Made by a program: the position numbers and the translations under genes
Shown here: positions 1-8,419 of the stretch, in pieces
Numbering within the stretch: position 1 is the first letter of the stretch
How the letters are laid out: every line of letters begins with the position of its first letter
Notes under the pieces: generated by a model
Seen by the model: the letters and a program-made list of their open reading frames with translations, nothing else
Told to the model about the DNA's origin: nothing
The model's database searches: none
Origin: Gemmatimonadales bacterium
Lineage (GTDB): Bacteria > Gemmatimonadota > Gemmatimonadetes > Gemmatimonadales > GWC2-71-9
DNA length: 64,000 nt
NCBI GenBank assembly: GCA_046596135.1
Contig: JBKJMX010000028.1
Coordinates: 10,035-74,034, forward strand
Direction of reading: 5' to 3'

Positions 1-1
1 G

Positions 2-898
2 CTGCAGTGGCGAGGCATCAAGAGCGGCGACGTTGCCCAGCAGCTCCTCAGCGCGGCGAAGGCGCTCGCCTTCGGGGCCCTGATTGTGGCGGCCCTGGTG
101 AAGGTGGTGCCCGCACACGCTGCGCCCTCGGGTGTGGCCCTCCCGGTCGGGGCCGGCCTGTTCGCGGCGATCATCCTCGGGCTGCAGTCGGTGATCTACA
201 CCTATGACGGTTGGACCGGTCCGCTCTATTTCGGCGAGGAGACGGTGGACGCCGGTCGCTCGATCCCTCGCGCGATGATCGGGGGCGTGTTGGTGGTCCT
301 GCTCATCTACCTCAGCTACAACATCGCGATGGTGCGCGTCCTGGGGGTCGAGGTGATGGCCGGCGATCCGTTCGTGGCGGCCACGGCGAGTACCATGCTG
401 TTCGGGGCCAAGGGCGACCTCATCCTCCGGCTGCTCGTGCTGGTTTCCATACTCGGTGGCGTCAATGCGCTCCTGCTGCTGGGGTCGCGGATCCCGCTGG
501 CGATGAGCCGCGACGGACTGATGCCGGCACGGTTCGATACGGTCAACGCCGGTGGCACCCCCACCGTCGCACACTGGGCCACCGTCGGACTCTCGATCGG
601 GTTCATCCTGAGCGGCACCTTCAATACGGTGCTTGCACTCGCAGCGTTCTTCTTCGTGGCCAACTACGTGCTCTCCTTCACCTCGGTGTTCGCGCTCAGA
701 CACAAGGAGCCAGACACGCCGCGCCCCTTCCGGGTGCCGGGCTTCCCCTACACCACCGGCCTGGTGCTGGTGGGCTCGATCGCGTTCATCGTGGGGTCGA
801 TTGCGAGCGATCGCGCCAATTCACTCCGGTCAATCCTGCTGCTCGCGGCGAGCTACCCGGCGTATCTGATGGTGAAGCGCTTCAGGCGCATCGCGTGA
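2..898 (+). CDS. APC-family amino acid permease, C-terminal part (5' end lies outside the window)
   Basis: The frame is open from the window edge (same frame as track ORF 86..898). The sequence is multi-TM and hydrophobic with APC-like segments (YTYDGWTGPLYFGEE, FALRHKEPDTPRPFRVPGFP). The stop TGA 896-898 overlaps the next start (GTGA). Confidence 0.85.
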   Translation: MQWRGIKSGDVAQQLLSAAKALAFGALIVAALVKVVPAHAAPSGVALPVGAGLFAAIILGLQSVIYTYDGWTGPLYFGEETVDAGRSIPRAMIGGVLVVLLIYLSYNIAMVRVLGVEVMAGDPFVAATASTMLFGAKGDLILRLLVLVSILGGVNALLLLGSRIPLAMSRDGLMPARFDTVNAGGTPTVAHWATVGLSIGFILSGTFNTVLALAAFFFVANYVLSFTSVFALRHKEPDTPRPFRVPGFPYTTGLVLVGSIAFIVGSIASDRANSLRSILLLAASYPAYLMVKRFRRIA

Positions 899-1686
899 AC
901 GATGGCCCCAGCTTCACCCGCGCGATCGTGTGCCCACCTGCGGACAGCTACGCCAGCGGGCTCACCACCGCCGACCTTGGTGCCCCGGATCTGGCGCGCG
1001 CGCGTGCGCAACACGTTGCGTACGTCGCGGCGCTCGAGGCCGCCGGTGTGCAGGTCACGACGCTTACGTCAGACAGCGATCACCCAGACGGTACGTTCGT
1101 GGAGGACACCGCGATCGTGACGGCGCACGGCGCAATTCTCTGTCGCCCGGGTGCGCCGCGCCGCGCCGGGGAGGTGTTCGCCATGCGTGCCGCGCTTGAG
1201 CGGATGCTGGGCCACCAACTCGACGCGATCACCGAACCGGGCACGGTTGACGGTGGCGACATCTGTCAGGCCGGAAACCATTTCTTCATCGGGTTGTCGC
1301 ACCGCACCAACGAGGCGGGCGCCGAGCAGTTGGCGCGCTGCCTGGATCGCCTCGGCTATTCGTCGAGCACGGTCACCATCCGCGACGACCCCACGCTGCT
1401 CCATCTCAAGAGTGGTCTCGTCTGGCTTGGCGACAGGCAATTGCTGGCAGTGCCATCGCTCGCCTTACACCCCGCGCTGTCGGCGTACGATGTGATCACG
1501 GTGCCTCTTGATGAATTGTATGCAGCCAATTGTGTGCGAGTCAACGAGGTGCTGCTGGTGCCGGCGGGGTATCCGCTCATTGCGGCCACGCTGGCCGCGA
1601 TGGGGTATCAGGTGGTGCCGCTCGAGATGTCGGAGTTCCGGAAGATGGACGGCGGGCTGAGTTGCTTGTCGATCCGCGTGCCCTAG
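895..1686 (+). CDS. Dimethylarginine dimethylaminohydrolase (DDAH)-family amidinotransferase
   Basis: This is the C-terminal 263 codons of track ORF 211..1686. The GTG at 895 overlaps the permease stop. DDAH-like features include FVEDTAIV, GGDICQ and the C-terminal catalytic-Cys segment MDGGLSCLSIRV. The upstream part of the ORF overlaps the permease out of frame and is not coding. Confidence 0.85.
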   Translation: MNDGPSFTRAIVCPPADSYASGLTTADLGAPDLARARAQHVAYVAALEAAGVQVTTLTSDSDHPDGTFVEDTAIVTAHGAILCRPGAPRRAGEVFAMRAALERMLGHQLDAITEPGTVDGGDICQAGNHFFIGLSHRTNEAGAEQLARCLDRLGYSSSTVTIRDDPTLLHLKSGLVWLGDRQLLAVPSLALHPALSAYDVITVPLDELYAANCVRVNEVLLVPAGYPLIAATLAAMGYQVVPLEMSEFRKMDGGLSCLSIRVP

Positions 1687-1969
1687 GCGGCTCAGGCCCA
1701 CTGCGCTGGCCTGACCCCACTTGCACGGTCGAGCATCTCGTGGTCGAGCGTACGCCATGATGGACATGTCAAAAATCGACATTGCAGCAATTAAGGCAGC
1801 ACGCCGTGGGTGAGTCCACCCCCCGGAGCGTGCGGCGGACGACGTGTCGATCTTGAGGCTCAACTTGCTTCGCGTCGGGTAACGCGTTTCTATCCGTATG
1901 CATTTGGGGGCAGTGATGATACGGCCTGACCGCTTGGACAATCTGTAATTCAACTCAGGAGAGACACCG

Positions 1970-2356
1970 ATGAGAATTGCCAAAGAAGATGTGGACGTCA
2001 GGATGGAGATCCCGGGCGCCGTGATTCGTCAGCAGATGAATTTCGGGGACGCCACCGGGCTCGGCAAGATCAGCGCGGAGTACTTCAGTCTTTCGGCGGG
2101 TGTCGATACCACGCCGTTGTTCCAGGGCCTCGAAGGCAACCTGTGCCAGTGCCCGCATTGGGGCTACGTCCTGCGTGGCACCCTGACGACTACGGACGGT
2201 CATGGTGTGCAGGAGACGGTCAAAGCCAGCGATTTGTTCTACTGGCCGGCCGGTCACAACGTCAAGGTCGAGGAGGACGCCGAGATCGTGATGTTCAGCC
2301 CGCAGCGCGAACACAGCATCGTGATCGACCACATGATCGGTGCGGTGAAGGGGTAG
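1970..2356 (+). CDS. Cupin-domain protein
   Basis: 128-aa ORF with AGGAG 7 nt upstream of the ATG. It has a cupin-like beta-barrel sequence (CPHWGYVLRGTL...YWPAGHNV). Confidence 0.7.
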   Translation: MRIAKEDVDVRMEIPGAVIRQQMNFGDATGLGKISAEYFSLSAGVDTTPLFQGLEGNLCQCPHWGYVLRGTLTTTDGHGVQETVKASDLFYWPAGHNVKVEEDAEIVMFSPQREHSIVIDHMIGAVKG

Positions 2357-2453
2357 ACGGATTCAAGAGGCTGAGCTTGGCCAGCGCTGGAAGTGTCGGG
2401 AATTACTGATTTATGCCGTGTAGGCAGCGCCCCTTACAGATCCAATACTTGTT

Positions 2454-2843
2454 ATGGAGCCGGAGCCGACGCATATGGAAATGAGTAGACGACTCAGAGC
2501 CGGAATCGTTGTCAGCCTCACCGCCGGAATCATCACGGGCGTCTGTTGCGCCCTCGGATGGGCGATCGCTTTAGTTCTCGTCCCCGCTCTGTCTGGGGAG
2601 CCTGGCGCGCCGAGTGTTTTCGGGGCCTTTGTAAGGTTCGGTCTCATCGGTGCCGCACTGGGGGCGGCATTCGCGACCTCTGCTGCGTTTTCTCCCGCAG
2701 CGCGGCCCGAGCAGCGGATCGCGGGGGCGAGAGCTAGCATGGTGGCTTGCATCGCGGGGCCATTGGTAATGCTCGTTGTGGTGCCGCTGCTTACGGGGGG
2801 CGGGCGCTACTCTGGAGCATCGCATTGCCCATCATCGGAATAG
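2454..2843 (+). CDS. Hypothetical membrane protein; probably continues to 2941 through a frameshift at a G6 run
   Basis: Hydrophobic helices are present (IVVSLTAGIITGVCCALGWAIALVLV, FGLIGAALGAAF, ACIAGPLVMLVVVPLL). The adjacent frame (track ORF 2747..2941) encodes another TM helix plus a basic tail right after G6 at 2795-2800. Confidence 0.45.
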   Translation: MEPEPTHMEMSRRLRAGIVVSLTAGIITGVCCALGWAIALVLVPALSGEPGAPSVFGAFVRFGLIGAALGAAFATSAAFSPAARPEQRIAGARASMVACIAGPLVMLVVVPLLTGGGRYSGASHCPSSE

Positions 2844-3033
2844 CCGTGCTGGGCACCGGAGTCGGGATGGCGCTCGTCGCCGACGTACGGCGGAGGGCGT
2901 TGGTGCCTGCCGATGACAATCCATCCACACCCGCTTCATAGCCCGCGTATCTGACCCCTCCCCCGGGCTCTCCACTGTTGTCCTCGTGCTCAGCTCACAT
3001 CTGGAACGTCGATGGCGGGTGGTCGAATTGCGA

Positions 3034-3795
3034 TCACTTCGTTCCGAGCCTTAGCCATACGCAGCATCTCCCCGGCTCGGGCTCGAGAACGGGTGTGACG
3101 CCGACGAGCGCAACGCCCTCAACGACGCCTTCCATCAGCGACAGGTTCATCCCGCACACCAGCTCCCTGTGCTCGCCCACAAGTGCATGGAAGGGGCAGT
3201 TGCGGAGGAGGATCGCGCCGGCCTCGTGGTCCGGTTCGTACCCAGTTGCTGCGAGGGAGGCCAAGGTTGCCGCGAGGAGCCGCTTTTTCCCGGCACGTGA
3301 ACCCGCCCGTGCTCTCGCGTCTGCACCGATCTCCCGGCCCGCCCTGCGAGCAGCTTCCCCGAGCGCGCTTTGGGTTTGCCCTGCGCCGCTCTCCTGGACC
3401 GCCGCCGCCAGGAGGCGCGCTGCCAGTTCGTAGCTCCGCGGCGGCAGGCTGACCGCCAAGTCCCGGCTGGAACGGCGGTAGAGCTTGGCGGGCCGCCCTG
3501 CTCCCGGGCCCTGCCTACCGGACAACCGCCGAAAGCTGACCTCCAGCAGCCCCTCGTCCGCCAGTCGATCCAGATGGAATCCCGCGAGGGCGCGCGACAG
3601 CCCGACGGCCCGGGCCGCTTCCTCGCGGCCCACCGCATTCGCTCGCCCTACCACGTACAAGTACAAGGACCGCCGAACCGGCTCGTCAAGCACCGCCAGA
3701 CCCGCAATCTGTGCCGCCATCTCACCAAGTTCCATAGGCGTCAATATAGAATCGGCTTGTGCCGCGTCGAGGGAGTTGACAGGGGTGGTGATCAC
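3034..3795 (-). CDS. Helix-turn-helix transcriptional regulator (winged-helix, ArsR/MarR-like N-terminus with a C-terminal Cys-containing domain)
   Basis: 253-aa ORF with an N-terminal wHTH-like segment (LDEPVRRSLYLYVVGRANAVGREEAARAVGLSRALAGFHLDRLADEGLL) and a C-terminal LLRNCPFH...VCGMN motif. The start could be GTG 3795 or ATG 3735. Confidence 0.75.
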   Translation of the reverse strand: MITTPVNSLDAAQADSILTPMELGEMAAQIAGLAVLDEPVRRSLYLYVVGRANAVGREEAARAVGLSRALAGFHLDRLADEGLLEVSFRRLSGRQGPGAGRPAKLYRRSSRDLAVSLPPRSYELAARLLAAAVQESGAGQTQSALGEAARRAGREIGADARARAGSRAGKKRLLAATLASLAATGYEPDHEAGAILLRNCPFHALVGEHRELVCGMNLSLMEGVVEGVALVGVTPVLEPEPGRCCVWLRLGTK

Positions 3796-3803
3796 ACTAT
3801 AAT
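3776..3803 (+). promoter_or_regulatory. Consensus sigma70-type promoter reading toward the truncated hemoglobin gene
   Basis: TTGACA (3776-3781), a 16-nt spacer, then TATAAT (3798-3803). This is an AT-rich island in GC-rich DNA. Confidence 0.55.
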
Positions 3804-3814
3804 AGCCAGAACAG

Positions 3815-3842
3815 ATTATAGAAGGAAGCAGGCTCCTGTCAC
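3815..3842 (-). promoter_or_regulatory. Sigma70-type promoter reading toward the HTH regulator gene
   Basis: On the minus strand: GTGACA (3842-3837), a 16-nt spacer, then TATAAT (3820-3815). Its -10 box is the inverted-repeat partner of the plus-strand -10 box. Confidence 0.5.
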
Positions 3843-3968
3843 GCGTTTCGGGATCCGTTCGCCACGCATCTGCAGGAGGCGGGGCACTTACATCCGGACG
3901 ATGCTGGAGCTTCTGGGCTGACGGGAACCGCCCTTCAAGTGTTTCCCACCTGAACGAAGGGGCTCATC

Positions 3969-4490
3969 ATGAAGTCCGTCAGCGCCATGTTGCTGTGCAT
4001 TGCGGTCGTCCTGTCGCAGGCAGCCTGCGCGACCAACCTGCCCGCACAGAATTCGGCACAGACCGCCGGGAAGACTCTATACGAACGGCTCGGTGGTGTG
4101 TTCGCCATCGCGGCAGTGGTAGACCATTTCAGCGACGCGGTCGTGGAGAACCCGATCGTTGGGAAGAATTCGAAGAACCCAGCCCTGAGGGAGTGGCACA
4201 CGAAGAACCTTGACCGGTTGCCGGGCCTCAAGTTCATGCGAACCCTGTGGGTCTCCCAGGTTACAGGCGGGCCGCTCAAGTTCTCGGCGACCAAGCCGGG
4301 AAAGACACAATTGGGTCTTGAGGAGGCGCACCGAGACCTCAAAATCTCGCCCGCCGAATTCGACGAAGTAGCCGCGGAGCTTGGGCGCACCCTTGACCAT
4401 TTCAAGGTGCCTGCGCGCGAGAAGGGAGAAGTCCTCGCCGCTTTCGCTGCGCACAAGAATGAGGTAACCGCTGGCTACAAAGCCAGGTAA
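3969..4490 (+). CDS. Truncated hemoglobin (2-on-2 globin) with an N-terminal signal peptide
   Basis: trHb signature TLYERLGGVFAIAAVVDHF and proximal-His region LEEAHRDLKISPAEFDEV. The N-terminus MKSVSAMLLCIAVVLSQAAC looks like a Sec signal or lipoprotein-like signal. Confidence 0.85.
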   Translation: MKSVSAMLLCIAVVLSQAACATNLPAQNSAQTAGKTLYERLGGVFAIAAVVDHFSDAVVENPIVGKNSKNPALREWHTKNLDRLPGLKFMRTLWVSQVTGGPLKFSATKPGKTQLGLEEAHRDLKISPAEFDEVAAELGRTLDHFKVPAREKGEVLAAFAAHKNEVTAGYKAR

Positions 4491-4514
4491 CGGCGATCAC
4501 CGGGCGCCCCCAAC

Positions 4515-4798
4515 GTGAAGAAGAAAACTATGGACACCACCGCTCGCGCGGCCGGGCCGCATGCCTCCACCGCCGGCACCCCGGCGCATCAGGTCTACCG
4601 GATCCTGCAGTTGGGGTTCGTTGCCGCGCCCATTCTCGCCGGTCTCGACAAGTTCACAAACCTGCTCGTCAACTGGGAGCAGTACCTCGCCCCCTTCATC
4701 GGCGACATCATCGCACCGATGTCGCGCTACGCGATTTCGGGCTCGCCCTCGGCGCACTCGCGCTCGGCCGTCTCAGTCAGGAGTTCGATCGGGGTTGA
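4515..4798 (+). pseudogene. Possible degraded small membrane-protein gene (its N-terminal and C-terminal parts are in different frames)
   Basis: The N-terminal part (VYRILQLGFVAAPILAGLDKFTNLLVNWEQYLAPFIGDII) is in frame 4515. From about 4722 a different frame reads DVALRDFGLALGALALGRLSQEFDRG-stop (stop 4796-4798). The annotated frame then runs into low-complexity sequence overlapping the TonB receptor 3' end. Confidence 0.3.
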
Positions 4799-4891
4799 GA
4801 TCGACGCGTACGACCGGCGTGCCAGGTTCGACTCGACACGGCATGGTCCCGACCCATGTGTCGGGACCAATGGCACAGGTCAGATGCCCGC

Positions 4892-7489
4892 TCAAAACCG
4901 CGCATTCACCCCCACCGTGACCTGCCGTCCGATCACCGCACCACCGAAGTTCTGATACCGCCGCTGATCCAGAATGTTCGTCGCAACACCGGTCACGCGC
5001 AGTGACGGCAGCACCGGCACACTCACCGATGCGTTCAACGTCGTCGTCGCTGGCACCGGCCCAGTGAACACCCCCGCCGACCAGTCGAACCCGCTCGTGA
5101 ACCGCGCTCCCAGTGTCGCATCGACGCCGCGCACGTCGCGCAGGAGTACGATCAGGTTGCCCTTCCGTTCCGGCGCGTTCGGCTTGACCACATCGCCCGG
5201 AATAAACGTCGCTTCTTCCAGGTTGAAATCGAGCAGCGAAAGGTTGCCCTCGACCCGCACCCGCGGCACCAACGCCACCGACGCACCGAACTCAACACCA
5301 CGAATGGTGGCGCGCCCCGCATTCCCGATGCTGAGCACGATCGCGGTGCGACCATCAGGCAAACGAGTGAGCGCCGATGCCGCCAACGCCTGGCCACCAC
5401 CCACCAGCGCATCGCGTACCGCCCCCTCCACCGCTGCGCGTGAACCCACCGGCACCGCCGCCGGCGCCGTCCACGGCGCATACGTCGGATTGACCCCCGG
5501 CAACACATCGGTGATGAAGCCGTCCATCACGCTGTAGAAAGCATCCACGGTGAAAAACGCCGACCCGAACTCACCCTTGTAACCCACCTCGTACGATTTC
5601 ACCCGCTCGACTTCGAGATCGGGGTTGCCCAGCGCGAGCAACGGGACCGCTGCCGACTGCGAGAACAACGTGCCATCGGGAACACCCTCGAGCGATGGCC
5701 CGAGCGGCGACGCGCGCAACGCACCTTCGAGCGCCCGGAAATCCGCCGGCGGACCCGCCGGCAACGAGACAAAGAAGTCGAGAATGTTGGCCGTCTCGAA
5801 CGCCCTGCCATAAGTGGCCCGCAATGATTGCTTCGGGCTCAACGCATACACCACAGCTGCCTTCGGCGAGACCTGGGTGCTGAACAGGTTGCTCTCATCG
5901 ACCCGCGCCGCACCGACCAGCTTGATGCGTGGCGTGATTTCGTGCTCGACCTGCGCGAACACCGCACTGTAGTGATCGGTGCGGTCGTCATATTCCGGCG
6001 CCACAAGGGTCCCCTCGGTGTTGACACTGGCACCACGCCACGACGCTCCCGCCACCACTCGGCCGCGATCTCCATCAAACCGCCGGTTGACCTGTCCCTC
6101 GACGTGCAACGTGTGCGACTTGTCGACACTCTCTGTGCCCGCCGCCAGGTTCTGCTGTTCGGTGCCGGTGCGCCCCGAATACCACGCCATCAGGTGGTAG
6201 TTGTCGGTGGCCCAGGCGAGCCGAGCCCATGGCCGCTGCGATTCGGTGATCTGGAACCGTGCCGCACTCCCCAGCAGCACCGCGTTCCTCGCCACCGCCG
6301 TACCACCCTCGGCAGTGAACACCCCACCATTGCTGGCGTAGTGATCGATCCGCGCTGTGCCGTATGTGCCCGTTACCGGATCGGCCTCGCCTGTCGCTGG
6401 CGACGGCAACCCGAACGTTCCCGACGTGCTCTGACCATTCAGCGCCCGCAGCTCGTAGCCCGGGAACGGATGCGCAATCTCGTGCGCTGCGGTGTCGATC
6501 GCCTCGGCATACTCGCGTGCCAGGTCACCGATATTGGTCCGGCTGCCGGTCCACGATTCGGCGCGACTGGTGCCCGCCGCCACGCGGTACGCCCACCGGT
6601 CGCCACCGAACACCCCGGCGTGTCTGAGGTCGAGGCGCATTGCCCCGCGGTTACCACCGGCCGCGCTAATTCGCGAGCCCGGCGTCTCGCGCGCCGTCGG
6701 CGTGACCATGTTGAGCACACCCGAGAATGCGTTTGCCCCATACAGCGCCGCACTCGGCCCGCGCACGAACTCGACCCGCGCCATGTCCTCGAGCGTCGCA
6801 GAGAGGCCGAGCCATTCCTGCGAACCGAGGAAATTGATGGCGAGGTCGCGACCGTCGAGCAGGACCAGCACCCGCCGATTGAAGACGGTGTTGAAGCCGC
6901 GGGCGCTGATGTTGAAGTCCTGCACGTCGGTCTGCACCACATCGACACCCGGCAGCACCGCAAGCGCTGCAGCGGGCTGCCCGGTGATCGAGAGGTCGCG
7001 CGCCATCACCGGGTCGAGATAGGCCACCGCGCCCGGCGCCTCGACCAGCCGCTCCGGCACCCGCGACACCGCCGTCACGGTGAGGTCGGCGATCGAGATC
7101 GCGAGCTCATCGAGCGAAATGGCGAGCGGAGCGCCTGATTCCGCCGCCGACAGCTCTCGCTCCACCGGGGCGTAGCCGATCCGGATTATCCTCAGCCGAT
7201 TCGTGCCCACCGGCGCGCGGGTGATGACGAACCGACCGCTCGGCCCCGTCGTGACCGCGAGCCCGCTTCCCATCACGATGACCGTCGCGCCCTCGAGCGG
7301 CGACGAATCGGTGCCGCGCACCACAATCCCACTGATCGCGGCGTACTGCGCCTCAACCGTTTTCGCCCCGCCGATGGTGAGGAGAAGGGCGGCGAGCAAC
7401 GTGTATGGACGGGGTCTGATAGCCGACAGGGAGAGGCGCAGGAGTCCTCCGAGCGCGAACGACTGGTGGGGGATGCCCCAAGATATCAT
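4892..7489 (-). CDS. TonB-dependent outer-membrane receptor with an N-terminal carboxypeptidase-regulatory-like domain
   Basis: Signal peptide, then a CarboxypepD_reg-like segment (ISGIVVRGTDSSPLEGATVIVMGSGLAVTTGPSGRFVI), a plug domain (VSRVPERLVEAPGAVAYL...FNISARGF...LLDGRD) and a beta-barrel ending in the terminal aromatic residue ...VGVNARF. ATG 7489 is chosen as the start (MISWG...). Confidence 0.9.
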   Translation of the reverse strand: MISWGIPHQSFALGGLLRLSLSAIRPRPYTLLAALLLTIGGAKTVEAQYAAISGIVVRGTDSSPLEGATVIVMGSGLAVTTGPSGRFVITRAPVGTNRLRIIRIGYAPVERELSAAESGAPLAISLDELAISIADLTVTAVSRVPERLVEAPGAVAYLDPVMARDLSITGQPAAALAVLPGVDVVQTDVQDFNISARGFNTVFNRRVLVLLDGRDLAINFLGSQEWLGLSATLEDMARVEFVRGPSAALYGANAFSGVLNMVTPTARETPGSRISAAGGNRGAMRLDLRHAGVFGGDRWAYRVAAGTSRAESWTGSRTNIGDLAREYAEAIDTAAHEIAHPFPGYELRALNGQSTSGTFGLPSPATGEADPVTGTYGTARIDHYASNGGVFTAEGGTAVARNAVLLGSAARFQITESQRPWARLAWATDNYHLMAWYSGRTGTEQQNLAAGTESVDKSHTLHVEGQVNRRFDGDRGRVVAGASWRGASVNTEGTLVAPEYDDRTDHYSAVFAQVEHEITPRIKLVGAARVDESNLFSTQVSPKAAVVYALSPKQSLRATYGRAFETANILDFFVSLPAGPPADFRALEGALRASPLGPSLEGVPDGTLFSQSAAVPLLALGNPDLEVERVKSYEVGYKGEFGSAFFTVDAFYSVMDGFITDVLPGVNPTYAPWTAPAAVPVGSRAAVEGAVRDALVGGGQALAASALTRLPDGRTAIVLSIGNAGRATIRGVEFGASVALVPRVRVEGNLSLLDFNLEEATFIPGDVVKPNAPERKGNLIVLLRDVRGVDATLGARFTSGFDWSAGVFTGPVPATTTLNASVSVPVLPSLRVTGVATNILDQRRYQNFGGAVIGRQVTVGVNARF

Positions 7490-7534
7490 AGATGCACTCG
7501 CCGCGGGGTTCGGCTCCCGGTAACTTTCGGCCCG

Positions 7535-8389
7535 ATGCCCGCTACCGACCACTCCCTCGCCGAACTACAGGCCGCACTGGGCAGTGCCTACACCCTGGAG
7601 CGCGAGATTGGCCGCGGCGGGATGGCCACCGTCTACCTGGCGCACGACCCGCAACAGAATCGTAGGGTCGCGCTGAAGGTCCTGCACTCCGGGGTCGCTG
7701 AGCCGCGCGGCATCGACCGCTTCCTCCGCGAAATCGACATCGCCCGCCGACTCTCCCACCCCAACATCCTGCCGCTGCTTGATTCCGGACGGATGGGCGA
7801 CGTGCCGTTCTTCGTGATGCCGTATGTCGATGGCGAGGGACTCGGCCATCGGCTCAAGCGCGATGGATCGATTCCTGTCGCCGAGTCGGTGGAGATCGCG
7901 TGCCAGTGCCTCGGCGCGCTCGGCTTTGCCCACGGCATCAACGTCCTCCACCGCGACATCAAGCCCGACAACATCATGCTCGATGGCGCGCACGCCTTCC
8001 TCGCCGATTTCGGAATTGGCAAGGCGCTCGGTGGCGATCACGCCTCGCTCACCCAAACCGGCATTGCCCTCGGCACGCCGGCATACATGAGTCTCGAACA
8101 GGCGGCCGGCGACCCCGACCTCGATGCCCGGTCCGACCTGTATAGCCTGGCGCTGGTGCTGTATGAGATGCTCTCGGGTGCGACTCCCTTCGCGGGTGAT
8201 ACGCCGCAGGCGATGATCGCCGCACGGTTCATCCAGCCGGTGAAACCGCTCGCTGACAGCGTGCCGGGAGTGACCCCGGCGCTCGATGCAGCGCTGATCC
8301 GGGCCCTGGCACGGCAACGCGACCAGCGCTTCGCCAGCGCGGCGGATTTCGCGAATGCACTGCGGGATTCCGTCAGGTTGACCGCTTGA
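7535..8389 (+). CDS. Ser/Thr protein kinase (Hanks-type), catalytic domain only
   Basis: GRGGMATVY, VALKVL, HRDIKPDNIML, ADFGIG and GTPAYMSLEQ are present. No extra domains are seen. Confidence 0.9.
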   Translation: MPATDHSLAELQAALGSAYTLEREIGRGGMATVYLAHDPQQNRRVALKVLHSGVAEPRGIDRFLREIDIARRLSHPNILPLLDSGRMGDVPFFVMPYVDGEGLGHRLKRDGSIPVAESVEIACQCLGALGFAHGINVLHRDIKPDNIMLDGAHAFLADFGIGKALGGDHASLTQTGIALGTPAYMSLEQAAGDPDLDARSDLYSLALVLYEMLSGATPFAGDTPQAMIAARFIQPVKPLADSVPGVTPALDAALIRALARQRDQRFASAADFANALRDSVRLTA

Positions 8390-8419
8390 CACATTGCTGA
8401 TTCGGGCGTAATTCCACAC

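Noticed and set aside
211-894. The N-terminal 228 codons of the 491-aa track ORF 211..1686.
   Set aside because: This stretch overlaps the permease gene out of frame and has Arg/Gly/Pro-rich composition, as GC-rich shadow frames do. DDAH homology begins only at the GTG at 895, which overlaps the permease stop.
1687-1969. A lower-GC intergenic region with the small palindrome ATGTC-N7-GACAT (about 1768-1784), considered as a regulatory site for the cupin gene.
   Set aside because: The 5-bp arms are too short to be distinguishable from chance, and there is no clear -35/-10 pair nearby.
5828-7138. A 436-aa plus-strand ORF, plus several others (4974..5537, 6492..7022), lying inside the TonB receptor gene.
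   Set aside because: These are antisense shadow ORFs of a GC-rich gene. Their composition is Arg/Pro/Gly-rich, and the minus-strand frame has clear TonB-receptor homology.
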